NCBI GenBank assembly: GCA_030643145.1
Contig: DAOWMJ010000001.1
Location: 1-32,613, forward strand
Origin: Candidatus Latescibacterota bacterium
GTDB taxonomy: Bacteria > Krumholzibacteriota > Krumholzibacteriia > Krumholzibacteriales > WJIX01
Length of the DNA: 32,613 nt
Direction of reading: 5' to 3'
In this document: positions 16,950-26,478 of the stretch, piece by piece
Layout: every line of letters starts with the position of its first letter
Position numbering within the stretch: position 1 is the stretch's first letter
Translations under genes and position numbers: made by a program
The notes under the pieces: generated by a model
Told to the model about the DNA's origin: nothing
Databases searched by the model: none
What the model saw: the letters and a program-made list of their open reading frames with translations, nothing else

Positions 16950-19079
16950 CTATTTTTGCATTCCGAGCTGCCACAAAAGGAAGCTCATTTCGTCAACGGT
17001 ATCTTCAATTGTCTTGCTAAGGGGCCGGCCCCCTGAATGTCCCGCTTTTGTATCATATAAAATCATAACCGGATTATCCGAGCTGTTGGCCATCTGCAAG
17101 AGAGCCGTCATCTTACGCGCGTGAAGAGGCGCTACCCGTGTATCCGAATCGCCTGTAATAAACAAGGTTGAAGGATACTCTGTTGCTTCCGTAATGTTAT
17201 GATAGGGTGAATATTCGTATATGTACTTAAACTGTTCGGGGTCTTCAGCGTTCCCGTACTCCGACACCCAGAATTTCCCAAGGAGAAATTTCTGATAACG
17301 AAGCATATCAAGGAGAGGATATGTACATACAACAGCTCCAAAGAGTTCCGGACGCTGCGCGAGCGCCGCGCCGACAAGCAGCCCGCCATTACTCCCCCCT
17401 CTTATCGCGAGTTTGGAAGGACAGGTATATCCATTATCAATCAACCACTGCGCCGCGCCGATAAAATCGTCAAAAACATTCTGTTTGTTTTCAAACATTC
17501 CCGCTCTATGCCATTCTTCCCCAAATTCTCCTCCGCCCCGAAGGTTCGGAACAGCGTAAACACCGCCGTATTCAGTCCAGAGAACTCCCGTTGACCTGAA
17601 TCCTGGAGTCAAATTAACATTAAACCCGCCGTATCCGGTCAGCAATGTGGGATTATTTCCGTTTAGCTCGATATCGCTGGAATGAACAAGAAACATCGGC
17701 ACACGCGTACCGTCTTTTGAATCATACCAAACCTGCTTAACTACAAGTTTGTCACTGTCAACCGGAACATCAAGTTTTGCCCAGACCTTCTTGTCTCCTT
17801 TCTTTACATCGTAGCGGTATATCGTAGTCGGCACATGGAATGAAGTAAAAACAAAGAAGGCTTCGTTTCTCTTCCATCGGCCGCGCACTCCGCTGACGGT
17901 ACCGAGAGTCGGAAAGGATATCTCGCGGACAAGTTTGCCGTCCGGCTCAAAAATCTTAACCTTTGAAACAACATTTTCCAGATAATTAACAAAGAGTTTC
18001 TTTCCAGCTATAGAAAAATCTTCTATGACAGCTTCTGTTTCCGGTATAATCTCATTCCAGTTCTCGCGGGCGGGGTTTTTGAGATCAACAGTGAGAATAC
18101 GCCCTTTTGGAGCATCCCAGTTCGTCTGCATAAAAAGCATCCCTCCGCCATACTTAGGACTAAACCTGGCATCTATATCCTTGACAAGAGTCTTGATCGA
18201 ACCATCACCCTTTAAATCCTTATAATAAATCTCTGATTTCTGTCCCGCTGACCCGTGAAATACAACAATCATCAGATAGCGCCCGTCATCCGTAATGCCC
18301 GCTCCAATACCGGCCTTGGGGCCAAAGCCCTCCCCGAAAATCTCTTTATCCTTTTCGGGATCGCCACCCATCGGATGAAAATAGACCCTGGAACCAAGAA
18401 GAATATTATGCCTTGAATAGTAAAACCCGCTGTTATCGTGCATTATTGAAATGCCGAAATACAAACCACTCGGCAATTCATCCGGGAGATCCATTTTCTT
18501 ATCCACATCGAAAATTTTAACTGTCAGCTCATCAGCTCCGCCCTTCCTTATTCCATAGGCGAGAAGTGTGCCGTCTTCAGATATATCCAGCAGATTCACA
18601 CTTGTAGAACGATCCTCGCTCATTGAATGAGGATCGATAAGCGCTTCATCCTTGCCACCGAGCCCATCTCGCATATAAATCACAAATAAGTCCTGATCAG
18701 CGGATCTCTTCGACAGAAAATATCTGCCATTTCTTTCCGTAGGAATACCAATCCTGTCTATTTTCATAAGCTCCGTAAGACGCGCTTTTAACTTATCACG
18801 TCCGGATAACGAATCGATAAATGAATGAGTATATTCATTCTGCGTTTTTATCCACTCTCTGGTCTCCGCGCTTTCCTGATCCTCGAGCCATCTGTATGGA
18901 TCAGGAATTACGACTCCATGAAGTGTGTCTACGACACTCCCCCTGTTAGTCACAGGAATTTGTTTGCCCGCCCATGTCACTGACGAAAGCAACCCCGTCA
19001 TAATAATAACTGCAGCGGCAACAAATAACACACTGACTGATTTAGAGTTTCTGATCATATTCCTGCATCTTCTCAACAT
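16950..19079 (-). CDS. Prolyl oligopeptidase (peptidase S9A), N-terminally anchored or secreted
   Basis: The N-terminal hydrophobic segment is VSVLFVAAAVIIMTGLL. A beta-propeller region is followed by the catalytic GGSNGG serine motif, then D and H (AGHSGG) in the C-terminal hydrolase domain. A GGAGGT lies 6 nt before the ATG. Confidence 0.85.
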   Translation of the reverse strand: MLRRCRNMIRNSKSVSVLFVAAAVIIMTGLLSSVTWAGKQIPVTNRGSVVDTLHGVVIPDPYRWLEDQESAETREWIKTQNEYTHSFIDSLSGRDKLKARLTELMKIDRIGIPTERNGRYFLSKRSADQDLFVIYMRDGLGGKDEALIDPHSMSEDRSTSVNLLDISEDGTLLAYGIRKGGADELTVKIFDVDKKMDLPDELPSGLYFGISIMHDNSGFYYSRHNILLGSRVYFHPMGGDPEKDKEIFGEGFGPKAGIGAGITDDGRYLMIVVFHGSAGQKSEIYYKDLKGDGSIKTLVKDIDARFSPKYGGGMLFMQTNWDAPKGRILTVDLKNPARENWNEIIPETEAVIEDFSIAGKKLFVNYLENVVSKVKIFEPDGKLVREISFPTLGTVSGVRGRWKRNEAFFVFTSFHVPTTIYRYDVKKGDKKVWAKLDVPVDSDKLVVKQVWYDSKDGTRVPMFLVHSSDIELNGNNPTLLTGYGGFNVNLTPGFRSTGVLWTEYGGVYAVPNLRGGGEFGEEWHRAGMFENKQNVFDDFIGAAQWLIDNGYTCPSKLAIRGGSNGGLLVGAALAQRPELFGAVVCTYPLLDMLRYQKFLLGKFWVSEYGNAEDPEQFKYIYEYSPYHNITEATEYPSTLFITGDSDTRVAPLHARKMTALLQMANSSDNPVMILYDTKAGHSGGRPLSKTIEDTVDEMSFLLWQLGMQK

Positions 19080-19394
19080 ATTTTTTACCTCCTCTTGTTT
19101 CTTCTGTGATCCTTCTTTTCCAATGGCCTTTAGTAAACGCTATTTTCATGGTCGTTTCAATAGAAATTTGTCTGGTTGTGTGAAACCAGAACATTGCGTG
19201 TCAGAAAACCTAAGACAGAATCAACTCGAGGAAATCTTTTTGCCTTCCTGTAAAAAAACGGGGAAACTCCAAATGATTATTATACTTGATAAAACAGAAA
19301 CAAATGGGTAGACTCAGTAAACTTAAGATGGCGTTATTGTTAACACGCGAAATAAAAGAGAGTTATAAATTAACAATCGTGAAAGGAGTATATA

Positions 19395-20012
19395 ATGAAA
19401 AAATTGGTTTTTCTTATGGTTATTGCTCTCAGCGTATCGATGCTGACCGGGTCCCCGGCGGCTCAAGAAAAGAGTAAAAAGGCTATGCCGGATATGAACA
19501 AGTTTAAGGAAATGAAGATGAAGACTGACGAGAGCGTAGAGGTAAAAGAGATGCCCTCTTTTTTCTATTGCTCTCTTGAAATAACTGGAAGTTACGAACA
19601 ACATGAAACAGCCTTTAATACTCTTAACTCCGAAGTGAACAAACAGAAACTCAAGACTGATCCGGCCATTTTCGGTATCTATTTTGACAACCCGTCAATG
19701 ACATCCGCAGAAGAACTTCACTGGGAAGTCGCCATGGAGCTGAAAGAAAAGCAGACAGTAAAGAAGCCCCTTAAACTGAAAGAATGGAAGTTTCCTCTTG
19801 TAGCCTTGAAACATTATGAAGGCCCTTTTAACGAAGACGCTTTGGGACCCGCTTTTATGGCTATTTTTAAATGGATCGCGGTCAACGGGTACATTCCCAC
19901 AGGACCTATGATTGAGAAATACATCAGTATGCCTGAAAAAAACAAGGCCGGCGAGTTGTGCGGCAAGATCGAGATTCTAATTCCAGTTAAAAAAAATGAC
20001 AGTTCTGAATAA
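19395..20012 (+). CDS. Exported GyrI-like (SbmC/Rob effector-binding fold) small-molecule-binding protein
   Basis: The signal peptide is MKKLVFLMVIALSVSMLTGSPAAQE. The GyrI-like pattern is EMPSFFYCSLEITGSYEQ...AF..L, ...KHYEGPF...GPAFMAIFKWIAVNGY.PTGPMIEKY. An AAGGAG RBS is present. Confidence 0.6.
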   Translation: MKKLVFLMVIALSVSMLTGSPAAQEKSKKAMPDMNKFKEMKMKTDESVEVKEMPSFFYCSLEITGSYEQHETAFNTLNSEVNKQKLKTDPAIFGIYFDNPSMTSAEELHWEVAMELKEKQTVKKPLKLKEWKFPLVALKHYEGPFNEDALGPAFMAIFKWIAVNGYIPTGPMIEKYISMPEKNKAGELCGKIEILIPVKKNDSSE

Positions 20013-20035
20013 TTACATTGAAAGGAGTCAATGAG

Positions 20036-22132
20036 ATGAGAAAACGAGCCCTTTTACTCTTTATCGTTGCCAGTGTTATTTTTTCCTGTTCTGTGGGAAC
20101 ACAAAATCCTTTCTTCTCCGAATTTGAAACACCCTTCGGCGTTCCGCCGTTCGATAAGATACAGGAAAAACATTACATGCCCGCCTTTAAGAAAGGGATT
20201 GATCTGCATGAGCGGCAAGTCAAAAAAATAGCAACAAACAGTGAAAAACCTACATTTAAGAATACGCTTGAAGAGATGGAAGACAGCGGTCTACTGCTCA
20301 CGAATGTGAGCAATGTTTTCTTCGGTCTTAATGCGTCAAATACAAATGAGAATATGCAAAATATTGCAAAAGAAGTAGCTCCAATGCTCTCCGAGCATCA
20401 GGATAATATTCTCATGAATAAAGAACTATTCAAAAGAATAAAAGCTGTTTACAAACAGAAAGATGAGCTCGATTTGACAGCCGAACAGCAAATGCTTCTT
20501 AAAGAGTATTACAAAGAGTTTGTGCGCGGCGGAGCGGATTTAAGCCCGGAGAAAAAGGAAGAATTGCGTAATATTAATAAAGAGCTTTCCGTTCTCTCGC
20601 TCCAGTTCGGCGAAAACCTCCTGAAAGAGATCAACAGCTTTGAGCTTGTAATTAAAAAAGAAGAGAACCTTGCCGGCCTTCCGGATGGAATCGTTAAAAG
20701 CGCCGCGGAAGACGCCATTGAGCATGGATATGAAGGCAAGTGGTTATTTACTCTTAACAAACCAAGCATGCTTCCCTTCCTGCAATACTCTAAAAAGAGA
20801 GAGCTGAGAGAAAAGATATATAAAGCGTATTTAAACAAAGGCAACCACGGAGACAAACTTGACAACAAAGAGATTGTGAATAAAACAACCAATCTTCGTC
20901 TTAAAAGAGCAAACCTGCTCGGCTACAAATCTCACGCGGCCTTTGTTCTCGAAGAAAATATGGCTAAAACTCCGGCCGGAGTCTACAGGCTGCTCGATCA
21001 ATTGTGGAGACCTTCACTCAACCTCGCGAAAGAGGAAGCCGCCGCGATGCAGCAAATGATTTATGATGAAGGCGCCGATTTCAAATTGAAAAGCTGGGAC
21101 TGGTGGTACTACGCCGAAAAGGTTAAAAAAGCGAAATACGATCTCGACGAAGAAATGCTTAAGCCCTATTTTAAGCTGGAAAATGTGCGCGAGGGAGCCT
21201 TCGAAGTAGCACACAGGCTCTACGGAATAACGATTGAAGAAAAATTCGATATTCCAAAATATCACGAAGATGCCAGAGTCTTTGAAGTAAAGGAGAAAGA
21301 CGGTTCGCATATCGGCATCCTTTACACCGATTACTTCCCGAGGGAAAGTAAGAGGGGCGGCGCGTGGATGGGCGAATACAGGGAACAATGCGTCAGAAAC
21401 GGCAAGAAAATAACCCCTGTTATCGTAAATGTAGGCAATTTCTCAAAACCAAGCGCGGGAACCCCGGCGCTTTTAAGCTGGGACGACGTTATTACCCTTT
21501 TTCATGAATTCGGCCACGGACTCCATGGACTTCTGACCGACTGCCATTACAAAAGGCTTTCAGGGACTTCCGTATCGAGAGACTTTGTAGAACTGCCCTC
21601 TCAAATAATGGAGAACTGGGCAAGCGAACCGGAAGTTCTCAAAATATACGCCAGGCATTATGAAACCGGTGAGATTATACCCGATGAACTGGTAGCTAAA
21701 ATTAAGAAATCGGGCAAGTTTAACCAGGGATTCGCGCTGACTGAATATCTCGCGGCGGCGTTGCTTGATATGGACTGGCATACTATTACAATGGAAAAGG
21801 ATTTCGATGTAACCGAATTTGAGAAGAAATCGCTCGACAAAATCAATTTAATTCCCGAAATCGCGCCAAGGTACAGAAGTACTTACTTCCGTCATATCTT
21901 CTCGGGTAGTTATTCGAGCGGATATTACAGCTACATCTGGGCTGAAGTACTGGACGCCGACGCGTTTGAGGCCTTTAAGGAAACAAGTCTCTTCAACAAA
22001 AAGACCGCGCTGGCATTTAGAGAAACTATACTTGCCAGGGGTGGTACGGTAGAACCTATGACCCTATACAAACAATTCAGGGGCAGAGAGCCTGGTATCG
22101 AACCGCTACTTAAGAGAAGAGGGTTGGAATAA
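20036..22132 (+). CDS. dcp: Peptidyl-dipeptidase Dcp / oligopeptidase (peptidase M3), lipoprotein
   Basis: The zinc motif is HEFGHGLH, with a downstream E in the M3 arrangement. The N-terminal signal has the lipobox VIFSC. The ATG at 20036 lies 8 nt after AGGAG. Confidence 0.8.
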   Translation: MRKRALLLFIVASVIFSCSVGTQNPFFSEFETPFGVPPFDKIQEKHYMPAFKKGIDLHERQVKKIATNSEKPTFKNTLEEMEDSGLLLTNVSNVFFGLNASNTNENMQNIAKEVAPMLSEHQDNILMNKELFKRIKAVYKQKDELDLTAEQQMLLKEYYKEFVRGGADLSPEKKEELRNINKELSVLSLQFGENLLKEINSFELVIKKEENLAGLPDGIVKSAAEDAIEHGYEGKWLFTLNKPSMLPFLQYSKKRELREKIYKAYLNKGNHGDKLDNKEIVNKTTNLRLKRANLLGYKSHAAFVLEENMAKTPAGVYRLLDQLWRPSLNLAKEEAAAMQQMIYDEGADFKLKSWDWWYYAEKVKKAKYDLDEEMLKPYFKLENVREGAFEVAHRLYGITIEEKFDIPKYHEDARVFEVKEKDGSHIGILYTDYFPRESKRGGAWMGEYREQCVRNGKKITPVIVNVGNFSKPSAGTPALLSWDDVITLFHEFGHGLHGLLTDCHYKRLSGTSVSRDFVELPSQIMENWASEPEVLKIYARHYETGEIIPDELVAKIKKSGKFNQGFALTEYLAAALLDMDWHTITMEKDFDVTEFEKKSLDKINLIPEIAPRYRSTYFRHIFSGSYSSGYYSYIWAEVLDADAFEAFKETSLFNKKTALAFRETILARGGTVEPMTLYKQFRGREPGIEPLLKRRGLE

Positions 22133-22153
22133 GGATCAGGAAACGGAAGTTCT

Positions 22154-23797
22154 ATGAAAATTATTGTTGCAGGGGCATTGGAAGAATGCGTTCATGTCGC
22201 CGGTTTAATGAAATTCTTGAGGCTCGCGAAAATGACCGGTTGGAAAACGGTTTTTCTAGGACCAGCAGTCTCTTCAGATGAAATCCTTAAAACAGCGTTG
22301 CGGGAAAAGGCGGAGATGGTATGCATTTCATACAGACTCACTCCGGAAACCGGCGAAAAACTCCTGAAGGAATTTGTCGAAAAAGCCGCTGATCTCCACT
22401 CGAAGGGTGTCCGGTTCGCTTTCGGGGGCACACCCCCCATAGCGAATCGCGCGAAGGCTCTCGGGTTTTTTGAACGGATCTTTGAGGGCGGTGAATCTGA
22501 AGAATCCATACTCGCCTATCTTAAAGGAGTTCCGGATTCCAGCCCCGTTGAAAATAACTTCCCGCAGAACGCGATAGAGCGTATTCAACGGAAAACCCCA
22601 TACCCCATCATCCGTCACCATTTCGGTCTGCCAACAGTAAAAAGCACCATTGAGGGTATAAAGATGATAGCTGAGTCGGGGGTGCTTGATATCGTTTCCC
22701 TTGGGACAGACCAAGACGCCCAGGAATATTTCTTCAAACCCGACAAGCAGGATCCCAGACGAAAAGGAGCCGGTGGAGTTCCGGTTCGCAGCGCCGAAGA
22801 TTATCGCGCCCTTTACGCGGCCACCAGACGCGGCAACTTTCCAATGATGCGCACATATTCCGGCACCGATGATTTTATCAGACTCGCTGAAATGTACAAA
22901 GATGCAATCAAAATCGCCTGGGGAGCAATCCCCATATTCTGGTTTAACAAAATGGACGGACGCGGCCCCTGGGACCTGGAACCTTCCATTACAGAACATC
23001 TGAAACTTATTAGATGGTACTCGAATCATGACATTCCCGTTGAAATTAACGAACCGCATCACTGGGGACTGCGCGACGCTCCGGATGTAATATCCGTTAC
23101 TGCCGCCTATCTGTCAGCCTACATCGCGCGGGATTGCGGTGTGCAAAACTATATAGCTCAACTGATGTTCAATACTCCATCCACAATATCCGTTCCAATG
23201 GATATAGCAAAAATGCTTGCAATCCTGGAAATGATCGAACCGCTCACTCGGCCTGATTTTCATATCTGGCGTCAAACGCGAACCGGCCTCATGAGTTACC
23301 CTCTCAATCCTGAAGCCGCGAGGTCCCATCTCGCAGTTTCGATATATCAGCAAATGGCGCTACGTCCGCACATTATTCATGTAGTCGGACATACCGAGGC
23401 TCAAAGCGCCGCGGAAGCAAAAGATGTAATTGAAGCATGCACGATGGCAGAAAGAGCAATCGAGGACGCCCTCTACGGACAACCGGATATGACAAAAGAT
23501 CCTGTTATTCAAAAACGTAAAAAGGAATTGATATCTGAAAGCAAAGTGACATTGGGTGCCATTCTTTCTCTCTCTGCCCCCGGAACGAAGAATCCCCTTT
23601 CCGATCCCGAAACACTGGCAAAAGCGATAACAATAGGGATTCTGGATGCTCCACATCTAAAAAACAACCTGTTCGCGAAGGGAAAAATCGAAACTGTAAC
23701 AGATGAACGAGGAGCCTGTATTTCGGCAGACAGTACAATGAAAAAGCCAATTTCAGAAATGGACAGAATTGACAAACTGGAATACTTTACGAGGTGA
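22154..23797 (+). CDS. Fused B12-binding-domain / glutamate-mutase-E-like TIM-barrel protein (putative cobalamin-dependent isomerase, substrate unknown)
   Basis: Residues 1-125 align by eye to the GlmS/MutS B12-binding subunit: IIVAGALEECVHVAGL vs IVLGVIGSDCHAVGN, then CISY and AFGGT. The remainder has GlmE-like stretches: IIRHHFG, MRTYSGTDD, EINEPHHWG, GVQNYI, VGHTEA. The GlmE comparison is from memory and needs a profile search. Confidence 0.45.
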   Translation: MKIIVAGALEECVHVAGLMKFLRLAKMTGWKTVFLGPAVSSDEILKTALREKAEMVCISYRLTPETGEKLLKEFVEKAADLHSKGVRFAFGGTPPIANRAKALGFFERIFEGGESEESILAYLKGVPDSSPVENNFPQNAIERIQRKTPYPIIRHHFGLPTVKSTIEGIKMIAESGVLDIVSLGTDQDAQEYFFKPDKQDPRRKGAGGVPVRSAEDYRALYAATRRGNFPMMRTYSGTDDFIRLAEMYKDAIKIAWGAIPIFWFNKMDGRGPWDLEPSITEHLKLIRWYSNHDIPVEINEPHHWGLRDAPDVISVTAAYLSAYIARDCGVQNYIAQLMFNTPSTISVPMDIAKMLAILEMIEPLTRPDFHIWRQTRTGLMSYPLNPEAARSHLAVSIYQQMALRPHIIHVVGHTEAQSAAEAKDVIEACTMAERAIEDALYGQPDMTKDPVIQKRKKELISESKVTLGAILSLSAPGTKNPLSDPETLAKAITIGILDAPHLKNNLFAKGKIETVTDERGACISADSTMKKPISEMDRIDKLEYFTR

Positions 23798-23802
23798 ATA
23801 GT

Positions 23803-24912
23803 ATGAAAAAAAAGATTCGTTTCACAGTTATCGGAGCTGGACATGGCGGAAAAGCCATTGCCGCCGATCTTGCCAGGAAGAGATTCCGTGTAGCTCTTTT
23901 TAACAGGACACCATTGCGCATAGAGGAAATCAGGACCACTAAGGAAATAGAAATAGAATATGAAGACGGCACTATATTTCGAAGCCACCTCGAAACTGTC
24001 ACCTCCAATATATCAGAGGCGATTGAAGGTGCCGATATAATAATGGTTGTTATCCCCGCCTCCGGACACAAAGATGTTGCCGAGATGCTCGCCCCCCATC
24101 TTAGAAGTGGTCAAATAATCGTATTAAATCCCGGACGAACAGGAGGAGCCCTCCAGTTCCGTCAAATCCTGGATAGCGCAGTATGCAGCCCTGACGTATA
24201 TATTGCTGAAACTGAAACATTTCTGTTTATAAGCCGAAGTACCGGGCCGACCCAAGCACATATATTCCATCGTAAGAACGGAGTATATCTTGCTGCATTG
24301 CCCGCTATTCACACAAACTTAATCCTTAAAAAGATACACCCGGCATATCCTCAGTTCATTCCCGCCCGCAATGTATTCCAGACAAGTATTCAAAACCTGG
24401 GAGCAATTTTCCATCCTGCTCTTGCGCTCCTTAACGCGGGATGGATAGAACACAGTAAAGGAAATTTTCAGTTCTATATCGAAGGAACGACCCGATCTAC
24501 ATCCAGGATTATAGGAATGCTGGATAAGGAAAGAATGTCTATAGCAAAAGCCCTAAAACTGGATATATGCACCGCTAGAGAATGGTTCAAAAACGCTTAC
24601 TCCGCTGAGGGAGGCAACCTTTATGAAGCGATACAGGCAAACCCTGGTTATCAGGGGATAAAGGCTCCGCGCAACCTCCGTCACAGATACATCTTTGAAG
24701 ATGTTCCTTTCAGCCTTGTTCCGATGTCTTCCATTGGCTCATGGATGGGCGTGAAAACAGAGATGATAAACTCGATGATCCGTATCGCGTCTGTAATGCT
24801 TGAGACAGACTACTTCAAAATTGGACGAACAATTGAAACTATGGGATTAAAAGGTAAAAGCCTGAATGAAGTAGAATCGTATATTCAAAATGGGAAATTA
24901 GCAAATGTTTAG
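23803..24912 (+). CDS. NAD(P)-dependent opine (octopine/nopaline) dehydrogenase family protein
   Basis: The N-terminal Rossmann motif FTVIGAGHGGKAIAADLA is typical of opine dehydrogenases, and length is ~370 aa. A GAGGTG lies 6 nt before the ATG. The upstream gene's stop (23795-23797) is 5 nt away, which suggests translational coupling. Confidence 0.65.
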   Translation: MKKKIRFTVIGAGHGGKAIAADLARKRFRVALFNRTPLRIEEIRTTKEIEIEYEDGTIFRSHLETVTSNISEAIEGADIIMVVIPASGHKDVAEMLAPHLRSGQIIVLNPGRTGGALQFRQILDSAVCSPDVYIAETETFLFISRSTGPTQAHIFHRKNGVYLAALPAIHTNLILKKIHPAYPQFIPARNVFQTSIQNLGAIFHPALALLNAGWIEHSKGNFQFYIEGTTRSTSRIIGMLDKERMSIAKALKLDICTAREWFKNAYSAEGGNLYEAIQANPGYQGIKAPRNLRHRYIFEDVPFSLVPMSSIGSWMGVKTEMINSMIRIASVMLETDYFKIGRTIETMGLKGKSLNEVESYIQNGKLANV

Positions 24913-25010
24913 CGCTATGCTGTTCTTGTTACCCTTCGATGCAATTTCTTTTTAGCAAGCCGTGGCATGGCTGACCCGCGAACCTTATAATCCAATTTTG
25001 AATAAATCAC

Positions 25011-26201
25011 TTAGCTGATAAATGACTCATTAGAAGAGCTTCGCTCAATAACTAATGTTATTAATAGCACAATGGCCGCAATTGATAATAGAACAGCAAG
25101 GGCGGAAAAGGGAAAATCGAACCCGTATTTAGTTGCCGAGTACCCGATCAGCGCGGAAGTGGGACTGCCTATCAGAATTGTTAGGGAACGATAAAATCCC
25201 AGTTTTCCACCTCTGCCTCTTTCCTCCCAAAAATGCATAAGATAGGAATTGATCACAAGAAAGATGCTGGTCGCAAAAGACAGAAGAAAAGAAACCAGGC
25301 AAACCAGCGGAAAAGAACGAATTCGCACCAGAAAACCAGCCGCCGCGGCGGTAATAAATAGCAGTACTGTTATAATAACCTTCTTATTATATCTGTCGGA
25401 AAGAACCCCTATTACGGGTTTTAGAAAAATTCCGCTAAAAGAAAGAAGTGAGAACGCGATGCCTGCTTGAAGAGCGCTCAGCCCCTTGTTCTCTATCATA
25501 TATGTTGGGAAAAAAGAGCCAAATCCCATCCATGCAAAGACAAGTATTAAATTCACCATAAAAAAGAGTCTGGTGGTTTTCTGACGCAGCACCATAATCC
25601 CATCGACGAATCGTTCCCTTAATGAAACCTTTCCGGGGAGTCTCGTTGTCTCAACCGAGTATCTTTTGAACAACCACGCGACAACAAAACTCAAAACAGC
25701 CCACAGGAGAAAAATTCCCCTCCAGTGAAAACGCGACGCCAACAGCGGTAGAACAATCGGCATAAGTCCAGCTATCGAACCGCTGCTCGCCTGCACGCCC
25801 AGAGCTCTTCCCCTGTCTTTTTTATATATATCCGAAAGCATAGAGATACTGGCTGTCTGGAAACAACCGCTCCCAATCCCGAGAATCACAAGAAAAATGA
25901 AAAAAAGAACATAGTAAAAGGATAAAGCCAGAAAGAGGAAAGCTGTTCCAAAAGACACAAAAGCACAGAGGATAGTAACCTTTCTCCCCTTTATGTCTGA
26001 CCAGACGCCCGATGGAAACTGCATTATTCCATATGAAAACCACATACCTGTAATGGCGAAGCCGGCCAACGTGTGATCTATATTGAGACTTTCCTCAATT
26101 CTGATCAGCAGTGTTGAGATAGTCATCCTGCCGGAAAGAACTAGAAACCAACCAATCGAAGTAAAAAGAAGAGCCGCGCTTTTTCTGTTTTTTAAATTCA
26201 T
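25011..26201 (-). CDS. MFS transporter
   Basis: There are about 12 TM segments. The loop 2-3 motif is GVWSDIKGRKV (MFS GxxxDRxGRR-like). The start is taken as the ATG at 26201; a TTG at 26225 is possible. Confidence 0.75.
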   Translation of the reverse strand: MNLKNRKSAALLFTSIGWFLVLSGRMTISTLLIRIEESLNIDHTLAGFAITGMWFSYGIMQFPSGVWSDIKGRKVTILCAFVSFGTAFLFLALSFYYVLFFIFLVILGIGSGCFQTASISMLSDIYKKDRGRALGVQASSGSIAGLMPIVLPLLASRFHWRGIFLLWAVLSFVVAWLFKRYSVETTRLPGKVSLRERFVDGIMVLRQKTTRLFFMVNLILVFAWMGFGSFFPTYMIENKGLSALQAGIAFSLLSFSGIFLKPVIGVLSDRYNKKVIITVLLFITAAAAGFLVRIRSFPLVCLVSFLLSFATSIFLVINSYLMHFWEERGRGGKLGFYRSLTILIGSPTSALIGYSATKYGFDFPFSALAVLLSIAAIVLLITLVIERSSSNESFIS

Positions 26202-26478
26202 AGTTCTGTAATCAACCGTTAACAAACAAAATCAAAACAGCCATATTCTATCAAGTCGTGTCAATTTTGAAAATACACGGCAACGATGACATTCGCAAAG
26301 AATAAGTTAATAAATCAATACCCAAAAAGAATTCTCACTGTATAGAATTCGAGATACGAATAAAATTTTCCTTTGCTCTCATGAATGCTTTTTTGTTATT
26401 CTAACGGCTGGTTCCCCGGCGTCTTTATTAAAGAAGACGAAATCTTTTTCTTTAGCCGCTTCAATTGGAGACAAAAAA

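Noticed and set aside
22328-23062. The ORF track lists long antisense or alternate-frame ORFs: 244 aa at 22328..23062(-), 170 aa at 14667..15179(+), 157 aa at 11473..11946(-), 151 aa at 10693..11148(-), and 159 aa at 23509..23988(-).
   Set aside because: Each lies entirely within or across a gene with clear family motifs. Their sequences are low-complexity and Arg/Ser/Pro-rich, with no recognisable domains or RBS. These are typical shadow ORFs.
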